Origin: Planctomycetota bacterium
Lineage (GTDB): Bacteria; Planctomycetota; B15-G4
Assembly (NCBI GenBank): GCA_038212275.1
Contig: JBBQUR010000020.1
Coordinates: 25,288-89,287 of the forward strand
DNA: 64,000 nucleotides
Direction of reading: 5' to 3'
Positions 55,424 to 64,000 of the stretch are shown in pieces (the stretch's first letter is position 1; every line of letters starts with the position of its first letter). A program made the translations under genes and the position numbers. The notes beneath the pieces were generated by a model. The model did no database searches and was not told where the DNA came from. It was given only the letters and a program-made list of their open reading frames with translations.

Positions 55424-58400
55424 CCGACCAGTCCCCGGCACGCGCCCGCCTCGGCTGGCTGGCCCCGCTGTTCCTGGCGCTGCTGTCCGTCGCGATCTAC
55501 GCGCCCACCCTGAAGCACAAGCTGGTCTACGACGACTCGCTGCTCATCCTGAACAACTCCTCGATGGCGCCCGTGCACACCAGCCTCGGCAGCGCCTTCG
55601 CCCTGTTCGCCAGGGAGTACTGGGATGGGGCCAACGAGACCGGCCTGCAGGGCGCCACGCCGCACCCGGCCGGCCAGGCGCTTTACCGCCCGCTGACGCT
55701 CTTCGCCTGGGCCCTCATCGTCAACCTGTCGGGCACGGAAAGAACCTGGCCTTTCCACCTGCTGTCCATTCTCTGCAATGCCTTCGTGGTGGTGCTGCTG
55801 CAGCAGGCGGTGTGCCGGCTCTGGCGCCAGCCGACGCTGGCCTTCGTGACGGCGCTGCTCTTCGCGCTGCACCCGCTCCACTCGGAGGCCGTGGCCTACG
55901 TGGCCGGCCTGTCGGACGTCCTGTCCGCCGGCGCGGTGCTGCTGGGCCTCATCTTCTGGGAACGCGCCACGTCGCAGCCCGGCGTGCTGCGTCGAGGCGC
56001 CTATGCGGGCCTGCTGATCACGCTTTTCGTGGGGCTGCTGGCCAAGGAACAGACGGTGATCCTGATCGCCGCGGTGGCGCTGACCGACCTGATGTTCGCG
56101 TGGCGCGGCGAGAACCGCGGGGGCATCCCGCGCGCGGCGGTCTACGCGGGCATGGCCATGGTGACGACGGCGCACCTGCTGCTTCGTTACGCGGTGATCG
56201 GCTACCTGCGCCCCGACGTGGGCTCGATCTCGCCGACGGACAACCCGCTCGTCGTCGAGCCCTTCGTCGTGCGGCTGCTGACCGGCGTGAAGATCATGGC
56301 CATGGAGACGTGGCTCTTCCTCTGGCCGAAGACGCTCTCCATCGACTACTCGTTCAACGCGATCCCCGTGTCGCGCACGTTGAGCCAGCCCGAGACGGCC
56401 ATCGGCTGCATCCTGCTGCTGATCCTGCTGCTGTACGGGATCGTGATGCTGCGCAAGCGGCCGGCCATCGGCTGGGGCGTGCTGCTCTTTTTGGGCTGCG
56501 CCCTGTTCATGTCGAGCATCCTCGTGCCGATCGGCACGATCTTCGGCGAGCGGCTCATGTACCTCTCCAGCGCCGGCGCATGCCTCGTCGTGGCGGCGCT
56601 CCTGCTGCCGTGGCTGCCCGGCCAGCGCGGCGCGACGGGTGGCGCAGGCGCCGCCCTCGGACTCGTCGTGGTGCTGGCGGCGGCCGGCCTCCTCGGCATC
56701 CGCACCTGGGAGCGCAACAAGGACTTCGAGAGCAGCGAGACGCTCTTCGAATCGGCCCTGAAGGTCGTGCCCGAGAGTGCGCGCGTGCACTTTCAGCTGG
56801 GCGCGCTCTATGCCGGCCAGGCGCTCTACAACAAGGCCGAGGAGCGCTACACCCGCGCGCTCCAGATCGACGACCGCTTCATGCAGGCGGCCATCGGCCT
56901 CGGCGACGTGCACTACGCCTCCCGCAACTGGGACAAGGCCATCGAGGTCTACACCCAGATCCTGAACGCGATGATCTACCCGCCCAAGGGACAGGCGTCC
57001 TTCATGACGGAGCTCTCGGGCGTCATCCGCGCGAAGCTCGCCGGAGCCAAGGCCGCCAAGGGAGATCTCGACGGCGCCGCCGCCGACCTGCGCCTCGCGA
57101 TGCAGACCGACGGAGCGGACAACAAGCAGCGCGTGATCGCCCACATCCAGCTCGCGCAGCTCCAGCTCGATCGCGGCAAGCCGGCGGAGGCCATCCAGGT
57201 GCTGCGCGAGGCGCTGAAGCTCGAGCCCGCGAACCTGAAGGCGCTGTACATGCTGGCGCGCACGTCCTTCGACTCGGGCGACACCGAGGTCTACGCCGAG
57301 TCGCTGGCCGGCCTCGAGAAGACGCAGGCGGGACGCCCCCTCGCGCTCGCGCTGAAGGGCGAGCAGCTCTACAACGAAGCGGACGAGGAGAACGACGTCG
57401 CCAAGCGCCAGCAGGCGATCAACCTCTTCGAGGAGGTGCGCGAGAGCAACCCGGAGCTCGGCACGCCCTACATCTATCGCGCGCGGTTCATGTTCGAGAA
57501 CGGCCGCTACGCCGACGCGATCCTCGAGTGCGACCTCGCGCTCCAGCGTGCGCCCCGACATCCCGGCGCACTGCTGCAGAAGGCCATGGCGCAGATCTAC
57601 GCCAACCGTCCGGAGGATGCCCTCGTGACGGCCCAGGAGCTGGCGCTCATCGCGCCGGACGTCTCCTGCTACGAGGCCATGTTCTATGCGCACTCGGCGC
57701 TGGGCGACCTGACGGCCATGGAAGCCGACGCGAAGAAGCTGGAAGAACTCGGCGGCGAGCCGGCCGAGCTCTTCATCAACCGCGCGATCACGCTGCAGGA
57801 CAACGGCCAGCTCGACGAGGCCATCACGGCCATCGAGCAGGGCCGACTCATCGCGGCCTATCGCGACAACGCGCGCCTGCTCCGCAGCCTCGGTGCGCTG
57901 CTGCTCGACGCCCGGCGCTACGACGAGGCGCTCGTCGCCTTCCAGCAGCAGGATGTCGCCGAACGCAGCTCGCCCGAGGTCGTGCCGGATCTCTTCCTGC
58001 CCGTCAATCGGGCCCGCGCGCTCATGGGCCTCGGCCGCGACATGGAGGCCGCCACCGAACTGGAGCTCTTCGAATCGCGGATCACGCCCGACAGTCCGGG
58101 CTGGCCGAGCCTCCTGCACCGTCGCGCGCAACTCTTCCTGCACGCCAGCGGCCCGTTCTACAACCCGGCCAAGGCCGCGGACATGTGCGACGAGGGCCTG
58201 ACAATCACGAAGAACCGCTTCCCGGCGCTGCTCGACACGTCGATCGAGGCGCTCGTGGCGAAGGGCGATCTTCCCGCGGCGATCGCGCGCGCAAGGCTCG
58301 CGTCCAGGGAGTTCCCGACGGACAAGCGCTACACCGTGGCCATCGAGGCGCTGGACAGGGCGCAGTCGGGCGACACGGCGGCCGCGCTGCCCATGCTGCG

Positions 58401-58452
58401 GCAGCCGAAGGCCGAACTGCTCGACCGCCTCGCGAGCATCCTGGAAGGCTGA
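55420..58452 (+). CDS. TMTC-like (DUF1736) GT-C protein O-mannosyltransferase candidate with long TPR array
   Basis: YDD...I, YRPLT, FH..., LFALHPLHSEAV, KEQ, DNP, LSIDYS, GERLMYL, RTWERN, followed by TPRs. Confidence 0.88.
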   Translation: MTDQSPARARLGWLAPLFLALLSVAIYAPTLKHKLVYDDSLLILNNSSMAPVHTSLGSAFALFAREYWDGANETGLQGATPHPAGQALYRPLTLFAWALIVNLSGTERTWPFHLLSILCNAFVVVLLQQAVCRLWRQPTLAFVTALLFALHPLHSEAVAYVAGLSDVLSAGAVLLGLIFWERATSQPGVLRRGAYAGLLITLFVGLLAKEQTVILIAAVALTDLMFAWRGENRGGIPRAAVYAGMAMVTTAHLLLRYAVIGYLRPDVGSISPTDNPLVVEPFVVRLLTGVKIMAMETWLFLWPKTLSIDYSFNAIPVSRTLSQPETAIGCILLLILLLYGIVMLRKRPAIGWGVLLFLGCALFMSSILVPIGTIFGERLMYLSSAGACLVVAALLLPWLPGQRGATGGAGAALGLVVVLAAAGLLGIRTWERNKDFESSETLFESALKVVPESARVHFQLGALYAGQALYNKAEERYTRALQIDDRFMQAAIGLGDVHYASRNWDKAIEVYTQILNAMIYPPKGQASFMTELSGVIRAKLAGAKAAKGDLDGAAADLRLAMQTDGADNKQRVIAHIQLAQLQLDRGKPAEAIQVLREALKLEPANLKALYMLARTSFDSGDTEVYAESLAGLEKTQAGRPLALALKGEQLYNEADEENDVAKRQQAINLFEEVRESNPELGTPYIYRARFMFENGRYADAILECDLALQRAPRHPGALLQKAMAQIYANRPEDALVTAQELALIAPDVSCYEAMFYAHSALGDLTAMEADAKKLEELGGEPAELFINRAITLQDNGQLDEAITAIEQGRLIAAYRDNARLLRSLGALLLDARRYDEALVAFQQQDVAERSSPEVVPDLFLPVNRARALMGLGRDMEAATELELFESRITPDSPGWPSLLHRRAQLFLHASGPFYNPAKAADMCDEGLTITKNRFPALLDTSIEALVAKGDLPAAIARARLASREFPTDKRYTVAIEALDRAQSGDTAAALPMLRQPKAELLDRLASILEG

Positions 58453-58510
58453 CGCGGAAGCCTGACGCGGAAGGCGCCCCGGCGGCGCGAGGCCGGGCGA
58501 CCGGCGCCGC

Positions 58511-60349
58511 TCAGCGCGTGTAGAGGTCGCGCACCACGAGGGTCCCGCTCGCTGCAGGCGGCTTCCAGCCGGCGAGTCCCAGTTCGTGATCCTCGAAACG
58601 CTCGTAACCCGCGGCGCGCAACTCGTCGGCAGTGACCATGAGCGGCGGCAGCGGCTCGACGAACAGGCCGATCTCGTGCTTCGCCACGGCATCGAGCAGC
58701 AGCGGCCTATCGTGGGCCAGGCCGCAGGCGAGCAGCCGCCCGACATACGGCCCGAAGGCTTCCAACCGCGCGTCATCCGGCGCGATGCCGCCGGCCAGCG
58801 GCGGACCGGCGCGGCCCAGCAGCAGCGACCCGCGACGCGCGGCCCACGTGGCGCGCAGGCCGTCCTCGTGCACGGCGGCCTGCAGGGCCAGCGCCAGCGA
58901 CTGCAGATCCAGGTAGCGCAGGAACTCGACGCGCCCCGCCTGCACCGAGGCCGCCGGCTGCAGCGTGCACACCACCTCGTCGGCCGTCGTGTGGCGCTGC
59001 AGAAAGGCGGCCGTGTGCGCGATGCCGACACGTGACCAGCCCTCGACGTAAGGCGCCAGCGCGCGCGGCGAGGCCGTCATGTCGGGCATGTAGGTGTCGG
59101 GCAGCGCCAGCACGGCGGCCAGCACGAGCGCCAGGGCGGCGGTCATGCGCCACGCCAGCGCGGCCGACCACGCTGCAGCCACGCCTCCCAGCAGCAGCGC
59201 GCCCGGCACGGCGAGGCCGATGAGGTTGTGACTCCACACCGTCGGGCTGATGACCGTGAGGAAGAGCAGCTCCGCCAGCAGCATGAGCGCCGGTGCGCCC
59301 GCGGGGCGACGCAGCGCCGGCAGCCCGAAGGCGAGGAGTGCCGCGAACATCAGCGCGAGCAGAGGATCCGTGAAGCCGGCCACGTGCCCCAACGCCTCCA
59401 CCGTCCCGCTGACGTTCGGATTGCGGAAGAAGCCGAAAAGGTAGACCTGCTGCAGGAAGGGCGTGCCCCACGCCCACCAGCACGCCAGCGTGGCCGCGCC
59501 GATCAGCGCACCGAAGACCGCCGCCGTGCGCGCGGCCTCGCGCAACCGCCCGGTCAACGCCAGGTACACGAGCAAGGCGCCCGCCGGCATGAGAGCGGTG
59601 ATCTTGATGCAGAAGGCGAGCGCCATCGACGCGCCGATCGCCGTCGCGCGCCGCCAGCCCGGCCGGCCCTCTGGCTCCGACGGCAGCGCCGGCGCGAACA
59701 ACGCCAGCAGCGCGAGTGCGGTGCCCGAGGCGGCCCAGGTCTCGCGCTCGAAGAGGTTGAAGTGCACGACCCACGCGCACCAGCTCCACGCCAGCGCCGC
59801 GACAATGCCCGCCCGCCGCGCAGCCGCCTCGGTCGCAACTGCGTTGGTGGCGGCCGCCTCGTTCGCAGCCGCGTTGGTCGCAGCCGCGTTGGTCGCAGCT
59901 GCGTTGGTCGCGGCCGCCTCGGTCGCAGCGGCGTTGGTCGCGGCCGCGTTGGTCGCAGCTGTCTCGGTCGCGGCTGTCCGCGCGCGGCGCACCATGCGTT
60001 GCGCGGCCGCCGCCAGTGTCGCCGCGACGCCGAGCACGACGAGCAGGTTGCAGAGCTCGACCACGCGCAGGTCGTGCCCGCAGAGCGCGAAGGCCGCGGC
60101 CAGCACGCCCTCGGCGAGCGGGAACGCCACCTGCGTGAACTGGATGTACGGCGTGAAGCCCTGCTGCAGCATCCACGCGGCGTGGGGATAGAAGCTGTCC
60201 GCCACCGTCGTGACGGGCAAGGCCATGCGCAGCAGATGCGGCCCCGCGCAGGCGAGCAGCAGCAGCACCAGGCTGAGCCGCGCACGCGGTGCATGCGGTG
60301 CACGCGGCCCATGCGATGCCTGCGGCGCGCTGCGCGGCGCGCCGGTCAT
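58511..60349 (-). CDS. Polytopic membrane protein, GT-C-like glycosyltransferase candidate
   Basis: TM1 then DSFY...WMLQQGFTPY...FPL; E in loop; AFCIK; many TM segments; contains 10 copies of an (N/E)AAAT repeat at about 59819-59977. Confidence 0.65.
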   Translation of the reverse strand: MTGAPRSAPQASHGPRAPHAPRARLSLVLLLLACAGPHLLRMALPVTTVADSFYPHAAWMLQQGFTPYIQFTQVAFPLAEGVLAAAFALCGHDLRVVELCNLLVVLGVAATLAAAAQRMVRRARTAATETAATNAAATNAAATEAAATNAAATNAAATNAAANEAAATNAVATEAAARRAGIVAALAWSWCAWVVHFNLFERETWAASGTALALLALFAPALPSEPEGRPGWRRATAIGASMALAFCIKITALMPAGALLVYLALTGRLREAARTAAVFGALIGAATLACWWAWGTPFLQQVYLFGFFRNPNVSGTVEALGHVAGFTDPLLALMFAALLAFGLPALRRPAGAPALMLLAELLFLTVISPTVWSHNLIGLAVPGALLLGGVAAAWSAALAWRMTAALALVLAAVLALPDTYMPDMTASPRALAPYVEGWSRVGIAHTAAFLQRHTTADEVVCTLQPAASVQAGRVEFLRYLDLQSLALALQAAVHEDGLRATWAARRGSLLLGRAGPPLAGGIAPDDARLEAFGPYVGRLLACGLAHDRPLLLDAVAKHEIGLFVEPLPPLMVTADELRAAGYERFEDHELGLAGWKPPAASGTLVVRDLYTR

Positions 60350-60852
60350 CAGCCGAGCTCGACCACCACGTCGCCCAGCGTGACCGTCTGGCCCGCGACG
60401 ACGGTGACGCGCTGCACGGTGCCGTCGGTGCCGGCCTTGACCTCGTTCTCCATCTTCATCGCCTCGAGGATGAAGAGCGTCTGGCCGCGGACCACCGCGT
60501 CACCCGCAGCGACGAGCACGTCGCGCACGATGCCGGTCATGACGGCGCGCACGATGCGCTCGCCGTCTTCGCGATCCGGAGAGATGCTGCGCGCGAGCCA
60601 CTCGCGCTCGCCCAGCACCTCGGTGGAATAGCGGCGGCCCGAGACCAGCAGATCGAGCGCGTCGCCGGGGCGCTCCTCCACGGCGGCGTCCACCGAGCGG
60701 TTGTCCACGAGCAGCGAGTAGGCGTGGCCGTCCGACAGCGTGCCGACATCCACGTGAAAGCTCTTTCCGTGCAGCGCGACGCGGTAGCCCGCGCCTTCGC
60801 GCTCGAGCACCACCTCGTGGTGCTGCCCGTCGATGAGCACGTGATACTTCAT
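60349..60852 (-). CDS. accB: Biotin carboxyl carrier protein
   Basis: ILEAMKMENE biotinylation motif; ATG60852 overlaps the biotin carboxylase stop. Confidence 0.9.
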   Translation of the reverse strand: MKYHVLIDGQHHEVVLEREGAGYRVALHGKSFHVDVGTLSDGHAYSLLVDNRSVDAAVEERPGDALDLLVSGRRYSTEVLGEREWLARSISPDREDGERIVRAVMTGIVRDVLVAAGDAVVRGQTLFILEAMKMENEVKAGTDGTVQRVTVVAGQTVTLGDVVVELG

Positions 60853-62444
60853 GGCGCACCTCCGCCCCACGAACCGCCGCCGGGGCGGAAGGCATCCACC
60901 CACGACGACGAAGCAGCGTGCGGTGTGTCCGCGCTCCGTGAGCCACCCGCACCGGCCGCCGCGCCGTGTCCTGCCCCGCCCGGGTTGCCGGGCGATGCGC
61001 GGTCGGGGAAGCCGCGGCGGCGACGCAACACGTGCGCAAGCGTCGCGGCGACGAGCGCCACGTTCTGCAGGCGCTGCTCGGAGTGGCCCACCGCGAACTG
61101 CTCGGGGTGCGCCTCGATGGTGCCCGTGTCGTAGCGGCCGCTGCGGAAGGCGGCGCAGCCGATGACGCGGCGCAGGAAGGGCACGTTGGTGGTCACGCCG
61201 GTGATCGTGACCTCTGACAGCGCGCGCGCCATGCGCTCGATGGCGAGCTCGCGCGTCGCAGCGTGCACGGAGAGTTTGGCCAGCATCGGGTCGTAGTGCG
61301 GCGAGACCTCCATGCCGTCGAACAGGCCCGAGTCCACGCGCACGCCGGGGCCGCCCGGGAGTTCGAGGCGCTGCACGCTGCCGACCGCGGGCAGGAAGCC
61401 GTGATCGGCGTCCTCCGCGTAGAGGCGCACCTCGATGGCGTGGCCGCTGTGCCGGATCTGCTCCTGCGTGAGCGGCAGCGGATGGCCCATCGCGACGAGG
61501 AGCTGCCAGCGCACGAGGTCGAGGCCGCAGGTCAGCTCCGTGACCGGGTGCTCCACCTGCAGCCGCGTGTTCATCTCGAGCATGTAGAAGTGCTTGTGCT
61601 TGTCGACGAGGAACTCGATGGTGCCGGCGTTCTCGTAGCGGATGGCGGCGGCAGCCTTCACGGCGGCCGCGCCCATGGCATCGCGCAACGCGTCGTCGAG
61701 CAGCACGGAGGGCCGCTCCTCCACGACTTTCTGGTGGCGGCGCTGCACGGAGCACTCGCGCTCGCCGAGATGCACGACGTGGCCGTGGCTGTCGCCGAAG
61801 ACCTGCACCTCGATGTGGCGCGGCTCCTCGAGGTATTTCTCGATGTAGACGCGGCTGTCGGCGAAGGCGTTCTGCGATTCGCTGCGCGCGCGGCGCGCCG
61901 CGGCGAGCAGCTCGCCTTCACTGCGCACGATGCGGATGCCCTTGCCGCCGCCGCCCGCGCTGGCCTTGATCATCACCGGGTAGCCGATGGCCGCCGCCTC
62001 GCGCAGCGCGCTTTCGTCGTCGCCGACGGGCTCGGTCGTGCCGGGCACCACGGGCACGCCGGCCGCGATCATGTTCTTCCGGGCGCCCAGCTTGTCGCCC
62101 ATGGACTCCATGGACTCCGCCGACGGGCCCACGAAGAGGAGTCCCGCCGCGCGCACCTGCCGCACGAAGTCGGCCTTCTCGGAAAGAAAGCCGTAGCCGG
62201 GATGCACCGCATCGCAGCCCGTGGCCAGCGCGGCGGCCACGATGAGGTCGCCGCGCAGGTAGCTCTCGCGCGAGGGCGCGGGCCCGAGGCGCACCGCCTC
62301 GTACGCGGCGCGGACGTGCAGCGCGTTGCGGTCGCCGTCGCTGTACACGGCCACCGTCTTGATGCCCATTTCGCGGCAGGTGCGGATGACGCGCAGCGCG
62401 ATCTCGCCACGGTTCGCGACGAGCACCTTGTGGATCTCACGCAT
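60849..62444 (-). CDS. accC: Acetyl/propionyl-CoA carboxylase, biotin carboxylase subunit
   Basis: VLVANRGEIA, HPGYGFLSE, KASAGGGGKG, ERECSVQRRHQK, EMNTRLQVEHPVTE, YDPMLAKL. Confidence 0.95.
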   Translation of the reverse strand: MREIHKVLVANRGEIALRVIRTCREMGIKTVAVYSDGDRNALHVRAAYEAVRLGPAPSRESYLRGDLIVAAALATGCDAVHPGYGFLSEKADFVRQVRAAGLLFVGPSAESMESMGDKLGARKNMIAAGVPVVPGTTEPVGDDESALREAAAIGYPVMIKASAGGGGKGIRIVRSEGELLAAARRARSESQNAFADSRVYIEKYLEEPRHIEVQVFGDSHGHVVHLGERECSVQRRHQKVVEERPSVLLDDALRDAMGAAAVKAAAAIRYENAGTIEFLVDKHKHFYMLEMNTRLQVEHPVTELTCGLDLVRWQLLVAMGHPLPLTQEQIRHSGHAIEVRLYAEDADHGFLPAVGSVQRLELPGGPGVRVDSGLFDGMEVSPHYDPMLAKLSVHAATRELAIERMARALSEVTITGVTTNVPFLRRVIGCAAFRSGRYDTGTIEAHPEQFAVGHSEQRLQNVALVAATLAHVLRRRRGFPDRASPGNPGGAGHGAAAGAGGSRSADTPHAASSSWVDAFRPGGGSWGGGAP

Positions 62445-62515
62445 CGGCCCGACGCTACATCGCCGCGCGCCGCCGGTCGACCGACGGTGCCGGGAACCGT
62501 GGTATCGATGGGGCC

Positions 62516-64000
62516 GTGACGGCGAACGCGCTCGAAGCGGGGTTGGCGCGGCTGGGCGTGAAGCGCCTGCTGCTGGCGATCCACGACGCGAGCTTTCCGT
62601 CGGATGCCGACGAGGACACCGGGCGCGGCTCGCCGGCGACGCGCGCCGCGACGCGGCTGTTTGGCTACCTGCGGGGGCTCGGGTTCACCGGGATCCAGCT
62701 CGGGCCGCAGGGCCAGACGTCGCGCAGCAATCCGTCGCCGTACGACGGCACGATCTTCTCGCGGCACCTCGGCAACATCGCGCCAGGATCGCTGCGCCCC
62801 GGCGGCGCGTTCGCCGGGCTGGTCGACGAGGCGACGATCGGCCAGGCGCTGCTGCGCGAGCCGGGCGGGCCAGCGCAGCACCAGCACGCGTACGACGCGC
62901 ACCACGCGCTGATCGACGCCGCGTACGCCGGGCTCGCGGCCAGACCGGAGCTGCGCGCACGGCTGGCGCAGTTTCGCGCCGCGTCGCCCTGGCTCGCGCG
63001 CGACGCGCTGTATGCCGCGATGTGCGTCGAGCGCGACGGCGCCGGGTTTCGCAGCTGGCCCGAAGCCGAGCGCAACCTGTGGCGCGACGCTCACGCGGGT
63101 GAGCTCGACGCGATGCTGGCGCGCCACGCGGGCGCGATCGATCGCTACGCGTTCGGCCAGCTGCTGGTCCACGAGGAGCATGCGCGCGTGCGCGTCGAGG
63201 CCGCGCGCCACCGGCTCGCGCTGTACGGCGATCTCCAGGTCGGCTACGCGGACGGCGATGCCTGGGCGTACGCGGCCGCGTTCCTGCGTGGCTACCGGAT
63301 GGGCGCGCCGCCGAGCCGGACCAATGCCGACGGCCAGCCGTGGGGCTACCCGGTGCTCGACCCCGAGCAGTACGACGGTCGCGCCGGCGCGCTGGTCCGC
63401 GCGCGCACGGACAAGGCGTTCGCCGAGTACGACAGCCTGCGCATCGACCATCCGCACGGCCTGGTCTGCCCGTGGGTCTATGACGGCGACGCCGCCGACC
63501 ACGATCTCGCGGTCAAGGGCGGCGCGCGCCTGTTCGAGTCGCCCGACCTCGCCGATCACCCGATGCTCGCGCGCTACGCGATCGCGCGGCCCGAGCAGCT
63601 CGATCGGGCGCAGCCGCGCCACGGCGATGACTGGGTCCGCGCGCTCGAGGCCGCGCAGGTCGATCGCTACGCGGTGTTGTTCGACGCGGTCGTCGAGAGC
63701 GCCCGCCGGCACGGTCGCAACGCGAGCGACCTCAGCTGCGAGGTGCTCAGCACGATGCCGCGGCCGCTGGGCGCCATGCTCGCGCGCTACGGGCTCGGCC
63801 GCTGGCGGGTCACGCAGAAGGCCAAGCTCGACGATCCGCGGGATGTCTACCGGACGGAGAACGCGGCGCCCGCCGACTGGGTGATGCTCGGCAACCACGA
63901 CACCGCGCCGATCTTCGCGCTGGTCCGCATGTGGTCGCCGGCGCAGCGCGAGGCGTGGGCACGCCACCTGAGCGCGCGCCTCGCCCTCGCCCACCCCGCG
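62516..64000 (+). CDS. malQ: 4-alpha-glucanotransferase (amylomaltase, GH77), 3'-truncated by the window
   Basis: Missing from the ORF track because it has no stop. Manual translation from GTG62516 gives GIQLGPQG, NPSPYDG, YGDLQVG, GQPWGYP, LRIDHPHG, LGNHDT. Confidence 0.88.
   Translation, partial: MTANALEAGLARLGVKRLLLAIHDASFPSDADEDTGRGSPATRAATRLFGYLRGLGFTGIQLGPQGQTSRSNPSPYDGTIFSRHLGNIAPGSLRPGGAFAGLVDEATIGQALLREPGGPAQHQHAYDAHHALIDAAYAGLAARPELRARLAQFRAASPWLARDALYAAMCVERDGAGFRSWPEAERNLWRDAHAGELDAMLARHAGAIDRYAFGQLLVHEEHARVRVEAARHRLALYGDLQVGYADGDAWAYAAAFLRGYRMGAPPSRTNADGQPWGYPVLDPEQYDGRAGALVRARTDKAFAEYDSLRIDHPHGLVCPWVYDGDAADHDLAVKGGARLFESPDLADHPMLARYAIARPEQLDRAQPRHGDDWVRALEAAQVDRYAVLFDAVVESARRHGRNASDLSCEVLSTMPRPLGAMLARYGLGRWRVTQKAKLDDPRDVYRTENAAPADWVMLGNHDTAPIFALVRMWSPAQREAWARHLSARLALAHPA

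Noticed and set aside
62069..63994. 641-aa - strand ORF
   Set aside because: Antisense to malQ, which has clear GH77 motifs on the + strand.

Overview
Very GC-rich, densely coding bacterial DNA. The gene content (ECF sigma paired with a TPR Ser/Thr kinase, many FG-GAP proteins, a TMTC-like transferase) suggests a Planctomycetota-type organism; this is inference. About 40 CDS are supported. I saw no rRNA, tRNA, CRISPR array or transposase. Main blocks: (1) POT transporter, DUF4139 protein, Nudix, TPR protein, sodC; (2) cphA plus a paralogue lacking the ATP-grasp domain, with cphB about 14.7 kb upstream; (3) between them, a nucleotidyltransferase/small-protein pair and a complete TonB module preceded by 11-bp-periodic GTGAAG repeats; (4) an ECF sigma/kinase pair upstream of two duplicated FG-GAP genes that share an identical 34-bp upstream element; (5) several secreted or membrane proteins and three GT-C-like transferases; (6) SPFH/NfeD, lipoate ligase, biotin carboxylase/BCCP and a partial malQ. 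The strongest signal is a ~120-aa C-terminal domain (PFKGGTL..P / Q...DP....G...SN) ending six proteins of five different architectures, a candidate lineage-specific sorting or anchoring signal. Leaderless TAnnnT promoters and short tandem repeats are frequent. Many start codons were shortened from the ORF track using SD or -10 evidence. Family assignments come from motif recognition, not database searches.
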